NCBI GenBank assembly: GCA_965223845.1
Contig: CBDCXR010000004.1
Coordinates: 7,648,001 to 7,712,000, forward strand
From: Planctomycetota bacterium
GTDB taxonomy: Bacteria > Planctomycetota > UBA8108 > SXIK01
Reading direction: 5' to 3'
DNA: 64,000 nt
Within the stretch, counting starts at the first letter, position 1. Each line of letters opens with the position of its first letter. The notes under the pieces are model-generated. The model saw nothing but the letters and a program-made list of their open reading frames with translations, searched no databases and had not been told where the DNA came from. Of the stretch, positions 10,952 to 20,454 are shown one piece after another. The translations under genes were made by a program, and so were the position numbers.

Positions 10952-11025
10952 GCTACCGATAGGCGCGAAGGAAATCGGGGCGAGGCCTCGGAGCGTCGCA
11001 TCGGAATCGAGCGAAGGTGACTGAT

Positions 11026-13854
11026 ATGGATTTGCGGCAGGACTCGACAAGTAAGGTTCGTTCGCGCCTCGTCGGAGGGATCGTGCTGGTGTTCGGTATC
11101 GCCTCCGGAATCGCGGCGGGCGACCTTACAGTGGAGTGGAAGGAAGATTTCGAGGACGAGGGCTGGAGCGATCGCTGGGCGGTCGATCTCGGAACCTGGC
11201 AAGTCGGCGCGCCCGCGGAGTGTGAGCCGCCCTTCGGTCCGGAGACTGGGTACGAGAGCGCGCGTTGCGCCGCGACCGTTGTCTGCGGCAACTACGACGA
11301 TTGGGTCGAAACCCGCTTCGCGCAGACGGCCTCGATCCTCGTCCCGGAGGCCGACGAGTCGCCGCGTCTCCGCTTTTGGCATTGGTACCGGTTCAGCGGC
11401 GCCGACTACGGCGAGGTGCACATTCGTCCCGACGGCGGAGAGTGGACACCTCTACCGGGAAGGTACGTGAACTGGTCGACCGTGTGGGCGCGGCGCGTGC
11501 TCGATTTGTCCGAGTTTGGTGGTCAGCGAGTGAGGATCGGATTCTTCTTCCATTCGGAGGATCAACACCGCAACGGAGTCGACGTCAATGCTGGTTGGTA
11601 CGTCGATGACGTCGAGCTCGTTACGGGCGAGGAGTCGATCGCGTTTCCCGAGGGCTTCGAGAGCGGGCTTGGAGATTGGTGGGTGACGCGGGGAGCTTGG
11701 GAAGTCGGTGCGCCGGTGTCGGGACCTGGGGCCGCGTTTTCCGGTGACTTCGTGGCGGCGACAGTGCTCGCGGGAAACTACGAAGACTGGGAAGACTCGA
11801 CTCTCCTTAGCCCCCCGCTCACCGTTCCCGCAGCCGCGGAGCATCCGCGGCTGCGCTTCGATCACTGGTATCGCCTGAGCGGAGGAGACTACGGCGAAGT
11901 CTACGTCCTGGACGAAGACGAGGAGTGGCATCTCGTCTCGGAGCGTTACATCAACTGGTCGACGGTGTGGGTTCGTCCGAGTCTCGACCTCACGGCGTTC
12001 GCCGGCCAGCGAGTTCGCGTCGGATTCTTCTTTCACTCGGAGGATCAGCACCGAAACGGCTGGGACGTCAACGCGGGCTGGTATGTCGACAACGTCGATA
12101 TCGTGACCGGCGAAGAATCGCTCGCCCAACCGGAGGGTTTTGAGGAGGGGCTGGGTGATTGGTCGGTGACGCGCGGGACATGGCAGGTCGGCGATCCCGA
12201 AGTGGGTCCCGGGCGGGCCCACACGGGTGAGTTCGCCGCCGCGACCGTGCTCGCGGGGAACTACGAGGACTGGGAAGATTCGACACTTTTGAGTCCATCG
12301 CTCACCGTTCCCGCCGCGAGCGAGCAGCCGCGACTCCGCTTCGATCACTGGTATCGCCTGAGCGGTGGTGACTACGGCGAAGTCTATGTGGTCGATACGA
12401 ACTCAGAGTGGCATCTCATCTCTGATCGCTACATCAATTGGTCGACGGTGTGGGTTCGTCCGAGTCTCGATCTGTCGGCCTTCGCGGGAGAGACCGTGCG
12501 GATCGGGTTCTTTTTTCATTCAGAGGATCAACATCGAAACGGGTGGGACGTCAACGCGGGCTGGTATGTCGACAACGTGGAAGTCGTCACCGGTGAAGAG
12601 TTGTTCGACGTTCCGGAGAGCTTCGAGAGCGGCCTCGGAGATTGGTCGGTCACGCGGGGGACCTGGGAAGTGGGAGCACCGTCTTCCGGACCGGGACAAG
12701 CGATGAGCGGAGATCTCGCCGCCGCTACGGTTCTCGCGGGAACCTACGAGGACTGGGAAGACTCGACGCTCGTCAGTCCACGGATCTCCGTCCCGGCGGC
12801 CTCGGAGAATCCCCGTCTTCGCTTCTGGCAATGGTACCGATTCTCCGGCGGTGACTACGGCGAGGTCTACGTGATCGACGAAGGCGGCGAATGGCACCTC
12901 GTCTCCGGACGCTTTCTCAACTGGTCCACCGTTTGGGTGCGACCGAATCTCGATCTCGCGTCGTTTGCCGGGCAACGCGTTCGAATCGGGTTCTTCCTTC
13001 ATACCGAGGATCAGCATCGAAACGGATGGGACGTGAACGCGGGCTGGTACATCGACGACGTCGAGGTCGAGACCGGTGACATCGCGTTCGAGAATCCAGA
13101 AGGATTCGAAGGCGGTCTCGGCGGCTGGTCGATGACGCGAGGCGCGTGGGAGGTCGGGGCGCCCACCGGCGGTCCGGGAGCCGCATTCGGAGGAGATTTC
13201 GTCGCCGCGACCGTTCTCGCCGGAAACTATGAGGATTGGGAGGATTCAACCCTTCTGAGTCCTCGCTTCGTCGTTCCTCCGTCGGCCGACAGCCCGCGCC
13301 TACGGTTTCGCCACTGGTACCGATGGAGTGGCGGCGACTACGGCGAGGTATACGTCATCGACGCGGGCGACGAGTGGCACGTCGTATCACCGACCTACTC
13401 GGGTTCTTCGGGCGACTGGACGCATCCGAGCATCGATCTCTCGGACTTCGCCGGCGAGACGGTGCGACTCGGTTTCTTTTTCCACTCCGAGGACCAGCAC
13501 CGAAACGGTTGGGATGTGAACGCCGGCTGGTACATCGACGACGTGACCATCGAGCCGATCCCGGAGCTGCCCCCGTTCCGCCGCGGCGACAGCAACGGTG
13601 ACCTGAGCACGAACGTGGCGGACCCGGTTCACATGCTCAACTGGCTCTTCGGCGGCGGAGTCACCATGCTCTGCCAGAAAGCAGCGGACGTCGATGACTC
13701 GGGCGGGGTCAATATCACCGATGCGGTTTTCCTTCTCCGCTACCTCTTCGCCGACGGACGCATGCCGGCGTTCCCGTATTCCGAGTGCGGGGACGATCCG
13801 ACTCCGGACGCGCTCAGCTGTGCGCTCTCTCCGCATTGCAGTCCGGTGAACTGA
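11026..13854 (+). CDS. Secreted protein with five tandem MAM/cleaved-adhesin-like beta-sandwich repeats and a C-terminal dockerin-like domain
   Basis: Signal peptide; repeats FE.G..DW....WEVG.P, LLSP, LRF.HWY, DL..FAG, GWY.D.V; tail FRRGDSNGD..DVDDSG. Start ATG 11026 or GTG 11017. Confidence 0.85.
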   Translation: MDLRQDSTSKVRSRLVGGIVLVFGIASGIAAGDLTVEWKEDFEDEGWSDRWAVDLGTWQVGAPAECEPPFGPETGYESARCAATVVCGNYDDWVETRFAQTASILVPEADESPRLRFWHWYRFSGADYGEVHIRPDGGEWTPLPGRYVNWSTVWARRVLDLSEFGGQRVRIGFFFHSEDQHRNGVDVNAGWYVDDVELVTGEESIAFPEGFESGLGDWWVTRGAWEVGAPVSGPGAAFSGDFVAATVLAGNYEDWEDSTLLSPPLTVPAAAEHPRLRFDHWYRLSGGDYGEVYVLDEDEEWHLVSERYINWSTVWVRPSLDLTAFAGQRVRVGFFFHSEDQHRNGWDVNAGWYVDNVDIVTGEESLAQPEGFEEGLGDWSVTRGTWQVGDPEVGPGRAHTGEFAAATVLAGNYEDWEDSTLLSPSLTVPAASEQPRLRFDHWYRLSGGDYGEVYVVDTNSEWHLISDRYINWSTVWVRPSLDLSAFAGETVRIGFFFHSEDQHRNGWDVNAGWYVDNVEVVTGEELFDVPESFESGLGDWSVTRGTWEVGAPSSGPGQAMSGDLAAATVLAGTYEDWEDSTLVSPRISVPAASENPRLRFWQWYRFSGGDYGEVYVIDEGGEWHLVSGRFLNWSTVWVRPNLDLASFAGQRVRIGFFLHTEDQHRNGWDVNAGWYIDDVEVETGDIAFENPEGFEGGLGGWSMTRGAWEVGAPTGGPGAAFGGDFVAATVLAGNYEDWEDSTLLSPRFVVPPSADSPRLRFRHWYRWSGGDYGEVYVIDAGDEWHVVSPTYSGSSGDWTHPSIDLSDFAGETVRLGFFFHSEDQHRNGWDVNAGWYIDDVTIEPIPELPPFRRGDSNGDLSTNVADPVHMLNWLFGGGVTMLCQKAADVDDSGGVNITDAVFLLRYLFADGRMPAFPYSECGDDPTPDALSCALSPHCSPVN
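11140..13555 (+). repeat. Five intragenic tandem repeats, period 483 bp (161 aa)
   Basis: The His codon of H(S/T)EDQHRNG starts at 11551, 12034, 12517, 13000 and 13483. Array ends are approximate. Confidence 0.95.
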
Positions 13855-14035
13855 GACGTCCTTTGCGTCCAGGGATTCTCGAGCGAAGAGATTCACACGA
13901 AGAGTTCGGGAAGGGCGCGAAGGAAGACGAAGAAGAGAGGTGTGGAGGCGCGGGAGCTCGAGGTGCGAGATCGCTCGAAGCCCGCGTCGATCGCGCTGAC
14001 TGTTCGACGCAGTGTTCGATTCGCCGGCTAGTTCG

Positions 14036-14230
14036 ATGATCGGTCTTTCCCACATCTTCAGCCTCGTGAGCTTCGTCGCCTTCACCAGCGCCGGATGGAT
14101 TCTCGGCGGTGGGTGGGGCGCCGCGCTCGGAGTCGTCTGCTCCGCGGTCTTGGTCGGCATTCCGGTCACCCTCTACGAGGAGCGCTGCGAGCGGAAGCGG
14201 CGCGAGGATGCGGAGTCGCGTTCGCCTTAG
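14036..14230 (+). CDS. Small two-TM membrane protein (hypothetical)
   Basis: Two hydrophobic segments followed by a charged tail; fills the gap between two longer genes. Confidence 0.4.
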   Translation: MIGLSHIFSLVSFVAFTSAGWILGGGWGAALGVVCSAVLVGIPVTLYEERCERKRREDAESRSP

Positions 14231-14288
14231 ACCGCGGGGGTCGACCGACTCTCACTCCGCGAGCAGCACTTCCGACGAAAGATCGCGG

Positions 14289-15956
14289 CTACAGCGTGGG
14301 GCGCTTCGCGAATTCCCGAACGAGAATCCGTGCGCGCTTGCCGAGGAGGCTTCCGACCTCTTGCTCCTCGTCGATCACCGCGCTAGCCCCGGCGGGCTCG
14401 AGGAGCCCGGCGTGTCGGTGGTAGCGCGAGCGGACGACGATCGGAACGTCCGGAGCCTGGCTCCGGATTGCTCGGACGGTCTTCTCCGCGGTCCGCGGGT
14501 CCGGGAGCGCCACGACGACGACTGCGGCCGACGCCACGTGGAGGTGCTCGAGGACTTCCGGATGAGATGCATCGCCGACGTGTGGCTCGAAACCGTCCGA
14601 TCCCGCCTTCCTCGCGAGCGATGGATTGAGATCGAGAACGGAGATCGGGAGTGACGCACGACCGATGACCTCGGTGCATTTCTGACCGGCTGGTCCGTAA
14701 CCGATGAGGACGACGTGACCAGACGTGAGCTCCCGTTCATTCTCGTCGATCCCGACAGGCGAGCGTACGATTCCCAGCTTGGCGCACGGCCGAAGAATCT
14801 GCACGGCGAGCGGGGTAGCTCCCGCGATGAGATACGGAGTCACGCAGAGCGTCACCATCATCGTCGAGACGATGACCATGAAGAGGTCGTCGTCGATGAG
14901 AGTTCCGCGAGACGTCTCCGCGATGACGAACGCGAACTCCCCGACCTGAGCGAGACAGAGCCCAGCCGCGAGCGAGGATCTCGCGCCTCGGCGCACGGCG
15001 CGAAGCGCGACGAAGCAGACGAGCGTTTTCACGGCGATCACGCCCAGCGCGACGGTGAGCGTGACGCCGATGTTGTCGACGATCCACGCCGGGTTGGCGA
15101 GCATTCCGATGGAACTGAAGAACACCGTCACGAGGAGGGTTCGCAAGACCGAGAGGTCGGCTCGAACCTGAGTCGCGAACGGAGACTCGCCGAGGAGCAT
15201 TCCGGCGATGAACGCCCCGACGGCCGGCGACAAGCCGAGCTCGTGCGCCGCGTAGATGGAGCTGAGAGCGCCGACGACCGCGAAGAGCACCGGGAGCTCG
15301 CGGTTTTGGAGGGACGATGTCGCGAGGAGCACCTTCGGTACGACGAAGTTGAAGACCAGGTAGAAACTGACGACGAGGACGACGAGCATCAGTCCCGTGC
15401 GACCGAGACTCGCGAGTGAAGATGCGTCTTCCGAGCTGGGGGTGCCGAGAAACCCAGTGAGAAGAACGAGAGGGATCACTGCGAGGTCTTGGAAGAGGAG
15501 GATTCCGAGAGCGAAACGACCGTGCACGCTGTCGATCTCCGAGCGCGCCATGAGAACGCGGAGAACTCCCGCCGTGCTGCTCAGAGCGAACGCGGATCCG
15601 AGGACGATCGCCGTGCGCCAGGAGAGCCCCACGAAGAATCCGATCGCCGCCACCGCCGCGAGGGTCAGCCCGACCTGAAGCGCACCTCCCCCGAGTGCGG
15701 TCCACCCGAGAGAGCGCAGGCGGCGCCAGGAGAACTCGAGGCCGAGCGAGAAGAGAAGGAGGCACACGCCGACCTCGGCGAGTCCGTCGACTTCGTTACC
15801 GGTCGATACGACGTCGAGCGCGTTCGGACCGAGAAGCATCCCGGCGAGCAAGTAGCCGAGAAGCGAACTCTGTCGGAGTCGCTCGCACAGCGCGCCGAGA
15901 ACGAACGCGACTCCGAGGAGTGTGCCGACGTCGAAGAGGATTGCCCAGAAGTCCAT
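14289..15956 (-). CDS. CPA2 cation:proton antiporter with TrkA-N (KTN) domain, Kef-like
   Basis: GYLLAGMLLGP, LFSLGLEFS, LSSTA, LLFQDL, QVGEFAFV; C-terminal GYGPAG and GDAS. Confidence 0.93.
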   Translation of the reverse strand: MDFWAILFDVGTLLGVAFVLGALCERLRQSSLLGYLLAGMLLGPNALDVVSTGNEVDGLAEVGVCLLLFSLGLEFSWRRLRSLGWTALGGGALQVGLTLAAVAAIGFFVGLSWRTAIVLGSAFALSSTAGVLRVLMARSEIDSVHGRFALGILLFQDLAVIPLVLLTGFLGTPSSEDASSLASLGRTGLMLVVLVVSFYLVFNFVVPKVLLATSSLQNRELPVLFAVVGALSSIYAAHELGLSPAVGAFIAGMLLGESPFATQVRADLSVLRTLLVTVFFSSIGMLANPAWIVDNIGVTLTVALGVIAVKTLVCFVALRAVRRGARSSLAAGLCLAQVGEFAFVIAETSRGTLIDDDLFMVIVSTMMVTLCVTPYLIAGATPLAVQILRPCAKLGIVRSPVGIDENERELTSGHVVLIGYGPAGQKCTEVIGRASLPISVLDLNPSLARKAGSDGFEPHVGDASHPEVLEHLHVASAAVVVVALPDPRTAEKTVRAIRSQAPDVPIVVRSRYHRHAGLLEPAGASAVIDEEQEVGSLLGKRARILVREFAKRPTL

Positions 15957-16194
15957 CGATGAAGCTGCCTCGCATTCGCGGTGGGCTCTCTGCGCTCGTA
16001 GCGTCGTCTCGACGGCGACTCGGTGTCAAGAGTCTCTCGCGCGAACCGTCCCGAGAGAACGAATCCGGCGATCAGTGGAGCCAGGCCTCATCAAGATTCG
16101 GATCGATCGGGCGGAATCTGATCGCAGGGGCCGATAGGATGTCTTTCGGCTTCTCTCTGAACGTACACGCGGTTTGCGGGGCAGCCTTCGATCC

Positions 16195-16850
16195 GTGACC
16201 GAGCCCCACCCGACCACGACGCGGGAACCCTTCGACGACCGAGTCGATCCTCGGCTCACGCGGCCGATCGAAGACGCGGCCGGACCCCTGAGCCGGATCT
16301 TCTGGGGTGGGTGGTCTGCTTTCTCGCGATCGGCCTGAGCGGGATCGACGCCGTCGGAGTAGCGGTGCTCACGTCGGGCGTCGTGCGGCTTATCGGATTC
16401 GCCGATACGCCGCGCTATAAGACTCCGATGCGCGCGGTCGCACTCGTTTGCGGCCTATCGTTCCTCGAAGCCGTCCGGGTCCAGTGGGGTTTCCCGGGGA
16501 GCGCGTTTCATCCGATCTCTTTGGCGGTCGCTGCCGCCGAGATCGCAGCCGTCTTCGTGTTCATCCGCTGCATGAGGCTCCTCTCGACATGGCACGGCCT
16601 CGGCGAAGTCGCGCGAAGCTGGAGATGGACCGAGAGGCTGTGGCTCTGGATCTATCTGGTCCCGGGCGGAGTCTTCGGCCTCTTCTCGTTGAGGGAAATC
16701 GTCGCGAGCGACCAGGTTGAAGTTCCCGCGTTTTCGTTCGAGATCAGAATGCTGGTCATGGTCGCGCTGGTTCCGCTCGCGCTCACCCCGGCCATTTATC
16801 TCTTCGTATCCCGGTCGCTGATGGAGGAAGCGGCGCGAGATCGACGCTGA
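16195..16850 (+). pseudogene. Membrane protein, apparently frameshifted near 16305-16312
   Basis: The frame from GTG 16195 reads ..PLSRIFWGG and stops soon after; the hydrophobic ORF VVCFLAIGL.. continues in another frame from 16311. Confidence 0.5.
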
Positions 16851-16892
16851 ACCGGCGAGCCTCGAGAATCCGTCGCTAGAGACGCGCTCGCG

Positions 16893-19301
16893 CTATTCCC
16901 CTCGCAGCCGCCCGTTCCCTGGCTGCGCCGGGATCCTCACGCGGACCACTCCATCGCCCTCGGGTCGAATCGTGATCCGCTCGTGGCCCTTCGGGATCAG
17001 TACGTCGAGCAGGATCTCTTCTTCGCGCACTCCACTGAGCTCGAACGCTCCGTTCGCGTCCGACCGGTAGGTCGCACTCTTCGCGTTCGATCGAGACCCG
17101 TCGGAGACTCTGACGAGCGCGTTCGAGAGCGGCTCTCCGTGATCAGTGACAAGTTCGACCCGAACCGCGCGGAGGCCCTTCGTGGGAAAGGCGCGGATCA
17201 CGAGATCATCCGCCGGCAACGAAATCTCGAGGAGTCCACCTTCGAGCCGCGTCGACTCGAACGTCATACGAGCGGGGGTCGAGACTCTCTTTCGCCCCGA
17301 GACACGGAGGGTGACAACGTCCGCTCCGGTTCGAGCGGAGAATCGCCCGAACCGATCGGTCCAAATGTGAGACGTCTCGTCGTCGCTGATGAGTAAGAGC
17401 TCGATCTGCGGAATCGGTTCGTCACTTCCGTCGAGAACAATTCCCGCGGCGATCCTGGCCGGTGAGAGCTCGACGGTCGTTTCCGTAGCACCGTCGTGAG
17501 CCACAGTATCGAACGGGAGAAACTCGGGAGGTGCGCGCACGCGAAGGCCGCGTCTCCCGGGCGGAAGGAATCGAAAGTGTGCGCTCCCACTCGGGTCGGT
17601 GCGACTTCGGATCCTATCGCCCGGCTCGGTCGTCAGCTCGACGCTGGCCCCGAGGATCGGATCACCGTTCGACTTCGTGACGAGAACACGGAACGAACGT
17701 TCAAATTCGGGCTCGAGTACGAGGCCGTGAACATCTGAATCCATGACGACGATCGAGCGTCGGAGCGTCGGAGCGCCGTCTAACTGAAGGAAAGCCTCGT
17801 AGCGTCCGGGCGATACGAACGGGAAGCGAAACTGGCCTCGAGAATCGATGCGACAAGTCTCGATACCGCTGTGCGCGTTCGCTGAGCGCGACGGCCGTGC
17901 ACCGCTGTTCGATCGAGAGTCTCCGCCATTCGCACGACCCCTGAGAGTGAGCATTCGCCCTTCGAGAGGCCGTCCATCTCGATCGTGGGCCGATCCGCTC
18001 ACGACGAAGCCTCGAGGCAAAACAACGGTGGGTAGAGAGACGCGGTCGACGCCTTCCGGGGGAGGGTCGAACGTCACGACGGCTAGTCCCGAATCCTTCG
18101 CCGCGATCGAGATCGTGTAGGACGCATCGCGACGAAGATCGCGAATCTGGAACCTGCCGTCTTCGTCCGTGAGGGTGCTTCCGTAGGCGATCTTATCGAT
18201 TTCCGGTGTCCATCGTCTGCCGATCGCGGAGACGTTGGCTCCGCGTGCCGGCTCGCCGCCCGAGAGTTCGACATCGCCGACGACGACGAACGCGGGCGCG
18301 AGCTCGAAGTCGATTTCGTCGCGGTCTCCGACCAGAGCCTCGGATCGACCGAACCCAGAAGCGACGACGTGCAGCTCCCGCACGCCGTCGCCCGTCCAAC
18401 CGAGGTAGTGAAAACGACCGGACGCGTCGGTGCGAACGGCGCGAGCCAGCGTCCACCCGGCACCGACGCTCGCGCCCGCGATCGGAACTCCCGTTTCGGC
18501 GCACGTAACTCTACCGCGGATCGACTCGCCGGACGCGAGTACGACTGTGAGCCGGGTCTCGCCCGGTTTCTCGAGGGCGTTTTCTATATAGGGAGGGCCG
18601 GCCAGCGTCTCGTGCTCCGCGGCGAGGATGAACGGCCCGGTGGCGAGTGCGCCGAATACGAACGCGCCCTGCTCGTTCGTCGTCCCAACCCGAAAGTCAA
18701 AGGGTGTCGCGAGCTCGTTCGTCCGCCAGAAGCGAAGCGCCACACCCGGAACGGCGCGCCCGCCTTCGTCCTTCGCGACCACTCGGAGCGAGGCAGTGCG
18801 CTCGAGGATCAAGGTGGTTTCGGATTCGGCCGTGCAGCCGGAGGCGGTCGCCGAGACGTATCCGGCATGATTCGCCCGGAGATCGTAGGACTCGCGAGCA
18901 TCGACCTCAAACGCGAACTCGCCGCGGGCGCCGGAGCGTGTCGTGGCGATGTCGCTGCGTCGGCGGAGATCGGTGCCGAGGGTAGGAACTCGCGGAGCGT
19001 CGTTGCGACTCAGCACGACGGTAGCGTCGACGGCAGGCGCTCCGGATTCCTCGAGAACGAGACCGGAGAGCTCGGATCGATAGGGTGGAGTGGACTCGGA
19101 TTCTTCGCGGAGCGCGATCCGTCGCGCCGCCGCGAGGCGAGTCACGTTAGAGTCGGACGGAACCGCGCGATCGCGTAAGCTCCGTCGATCCGTCGCCGCC
19201 GACGACGGACTCGAACCCGTCGATCGCAATGCGAGGGCGAGGAAAACGGCCAGCAGAGTCAGGGCGACGATCGCACTCTGCACGCTAGATCGAATTCTCA
19301 T
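16893..19301 (-). CDS. Membrane-anchored protein with repeated carboxypeptidase-regulatory-like (prealbumin-fold) domains
   Basis: N-terminal TM; recurring G.V....G.P..GA.V and TD..G.F motifs; ATGA overlap with the upstream gene. Confidence 0.85.
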   Translation of the reverse strand: MRIRSSVQSAIVALTLLAVFLALALRSTGSSPSSAATDRRSLRDRAVPSDSNVTRLAAARRIALREESESTPPYRSELSGLVLEESGAPAVDATVVLSRNDAPRVPTLGTDLRRRSDIATTRSGARGEFAFEVDARESYDLRANHAGYVSATASGCTAESETTLILERTASLRVVAKDEGGRAVPGVALRFWRTNELATPFDFRVGTTNEQGAFVFGALATGPFILAAEHETLAGPPYIENALEKPGETRLTVVLASGESIRGRVTCAETGVPIAGASVGAGWTLARAVRTDASGRFHYLGWTGDGVRELHVVASGFGRSEALVGDRDEIDFELAPAFVVVGDVELSGGEPARGANVSAIGRRWTPEIDKIAYGSTLTDEDGRFQIRDLRRDASYTISIAAKDSGLAVVTFDPPPEGVDRVSLPTVVLPRGFVVSGSAHDRDGRPLEGRMLTLRGRANGGDSRSNSGARPSRSANAHSGIETCRIDSRGQFRFPFVSPGRYEAFLQLDGAPTLRRSIVVMDSDVHGLVLEPEFERSFRVLVTKSNGDPILGASVELTTEPGDRIRSRTDPSGSAHFRFLPPGRRGLRVRAPPEFLPFDTVAHDGATETTVELSPARIAAGIVLDGSDEPIPQIELLLISDDETSHIWTDRFGRFSARTGADVVTLRVSGRKRVSTPARMTFESTRLEGGLLEISLPADDLVIRAFPTKGLRAVRVELVTDHGEPLSNALVRVSDGSRSNAKSATYRSDANGAFELSGVREEEILLDVLIPKGHERITIRPEGDGVVRVRIPAQPGNGRLRGE

Positions 19302-19684
19302 GCATCACGACCAAGCGCTTCGACGATCGAGTCGATGCTGCAGTACGCGGTTTCACCAACGAGGATCACTGGAGCCATCGCGTGGGATTGAAACCCGATG
19401 CTCTCTTCCAACTGGAAGAGTCTCCGGACGACGGAGGGCTCAGTGACATCGAGCCATACCACTTCCTCCGGCGAGTACCCGTGCCGCGCGAGGAGGAGAT
19501 CGAGGAACTCGGTCTTGATCAATTCGCAATCGGGGCAATGCGGATCAAAAAAGAAGAGAATTTCGACGTCTCGTCCATCTTCTTCGGTGGCTCCGGTGGG
19601 TCGCGACTGATCTTGGCAACCCGACAAGCAGCTGGCCACGAGCAGCGCGCCGACGACGGAGTAGCGTTCGCGAGTCGCCATCAT
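19298..19684 (-). CDS. Thioredoxin/glutaredoxin-like CxxC lipoprotein
   Basis: Lipobox LSGC; FFFDPHCPDC; cis-Pro-like APVILVG; start ATG overlaps the upstream TAA (TAATG). Confidence 0.78.
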   Translation of the reverse strand: MMATRERYSVVGALLVASCLSGCQDQSRPTGATEEDGRDVEILFFFDPHCPDCELIKTEFLDLLLARHGYSPEEVVWLDVTEPSVVRRLFQLEESIGFQSHAMAPVILVGETAYCSIDSIVEALGRDA

Positions 19685-20454
19685 TACAAGGTCCGAACGA
19701 AGAGGAGCGCCGTGGCTTTTTCTGACTGTGCGGACTGAGGACCGCGCGAATGTCGAAACTCGAGCCGCAATTGTTCGTCGGACCACGATTCCTCAGGAAG
19801 CTCGAAGCTAAGGGTGACCCGCGCTTGTCGAGCGAATCCGTTCGGACGCCAGCCACGCGGAGTCCATTCGCCGATGGCATCGACGCGAAGCCGACTCGAC
19901 CGCGGCACGATCGAGGTCGACCAGAGCTCCGATCGATCGACGTCTTGCGCGGAGACGAACTCGGTCACGGTGAACGTCTTCCGAATCGTGTTCTCTCCGT
20001 CCGCTTCGTGCTCGGCGATCGACCAGATCGCAGGCGCGAGGCGAACTGAATATTCCGAGACGAAGAATGCGCGAGTTTTCAAGACCAACGGGGGCTCGAG
20101 ATCGTCGGCGAACCGCACCGCGACGGTGGCTTCTCTCGAGCCCGTAACCAATCGCGCATCCAAGGACACGCGAATTCGGCTCGTCCCGCCGGGGCGGAGT
20201 ATGCGAGGTTCGACTTCCGCCGAAAGACAGGTGCACGACTGTCGAACTTCATCGATCTCCAGAACTCTGGAGCCACGATTCTCAATCTCGAAGACGTGGT
20301 CCAGTCCTTCGCCGTTCCGCTCTACGGCCCCAAAATCGTGGAGCGTTCCGCCCACGACGAAGAGGTCGTCTTCACTCGTGCCGGCATTCGGGTCGCACCC
20401 CGCAGCGACGGCTGCGGCCACCGCGACGCAGCAGATTCGTGTCAACGCTTCCAT
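19684..20454 (-). CDS. DUF1573-domain lipoprotein
   Basis: Lipobox VAAGC; HDFG..HVFEIENRG..LEI..V..SCTC......LRPG. Confidence 0.85.
   Translation of the reverse strand: MEALTRICCVAVAAAVAAGCDPNAGTSEDDLFVVGGTLHDFGAVERNGEGLDHVFEIENRGSRVLEIDEVRQSCTCLSAEVEPRILRPGGTSRIRVSLDARLVTGSREATVAVRFADDLEPPLVLKTRAFFVSEYSVRLAPAIWSIAEHEADGENTIRKTFTVTEFVSAQDVDRSELWSTSIVPRSSRLRVDAIGEWTPRGWRPNGFARQARVTLSFELPEESWSDEQLRLEFRHSRGPQSAQSEKATALLFVRTL

Noticed and set aside
11140-13555. Regular repeats as a CRISPR array
   Set aside because: The 483-bp period is in frame within one CDS, with synonymous divergence; no spacers or cas genes.
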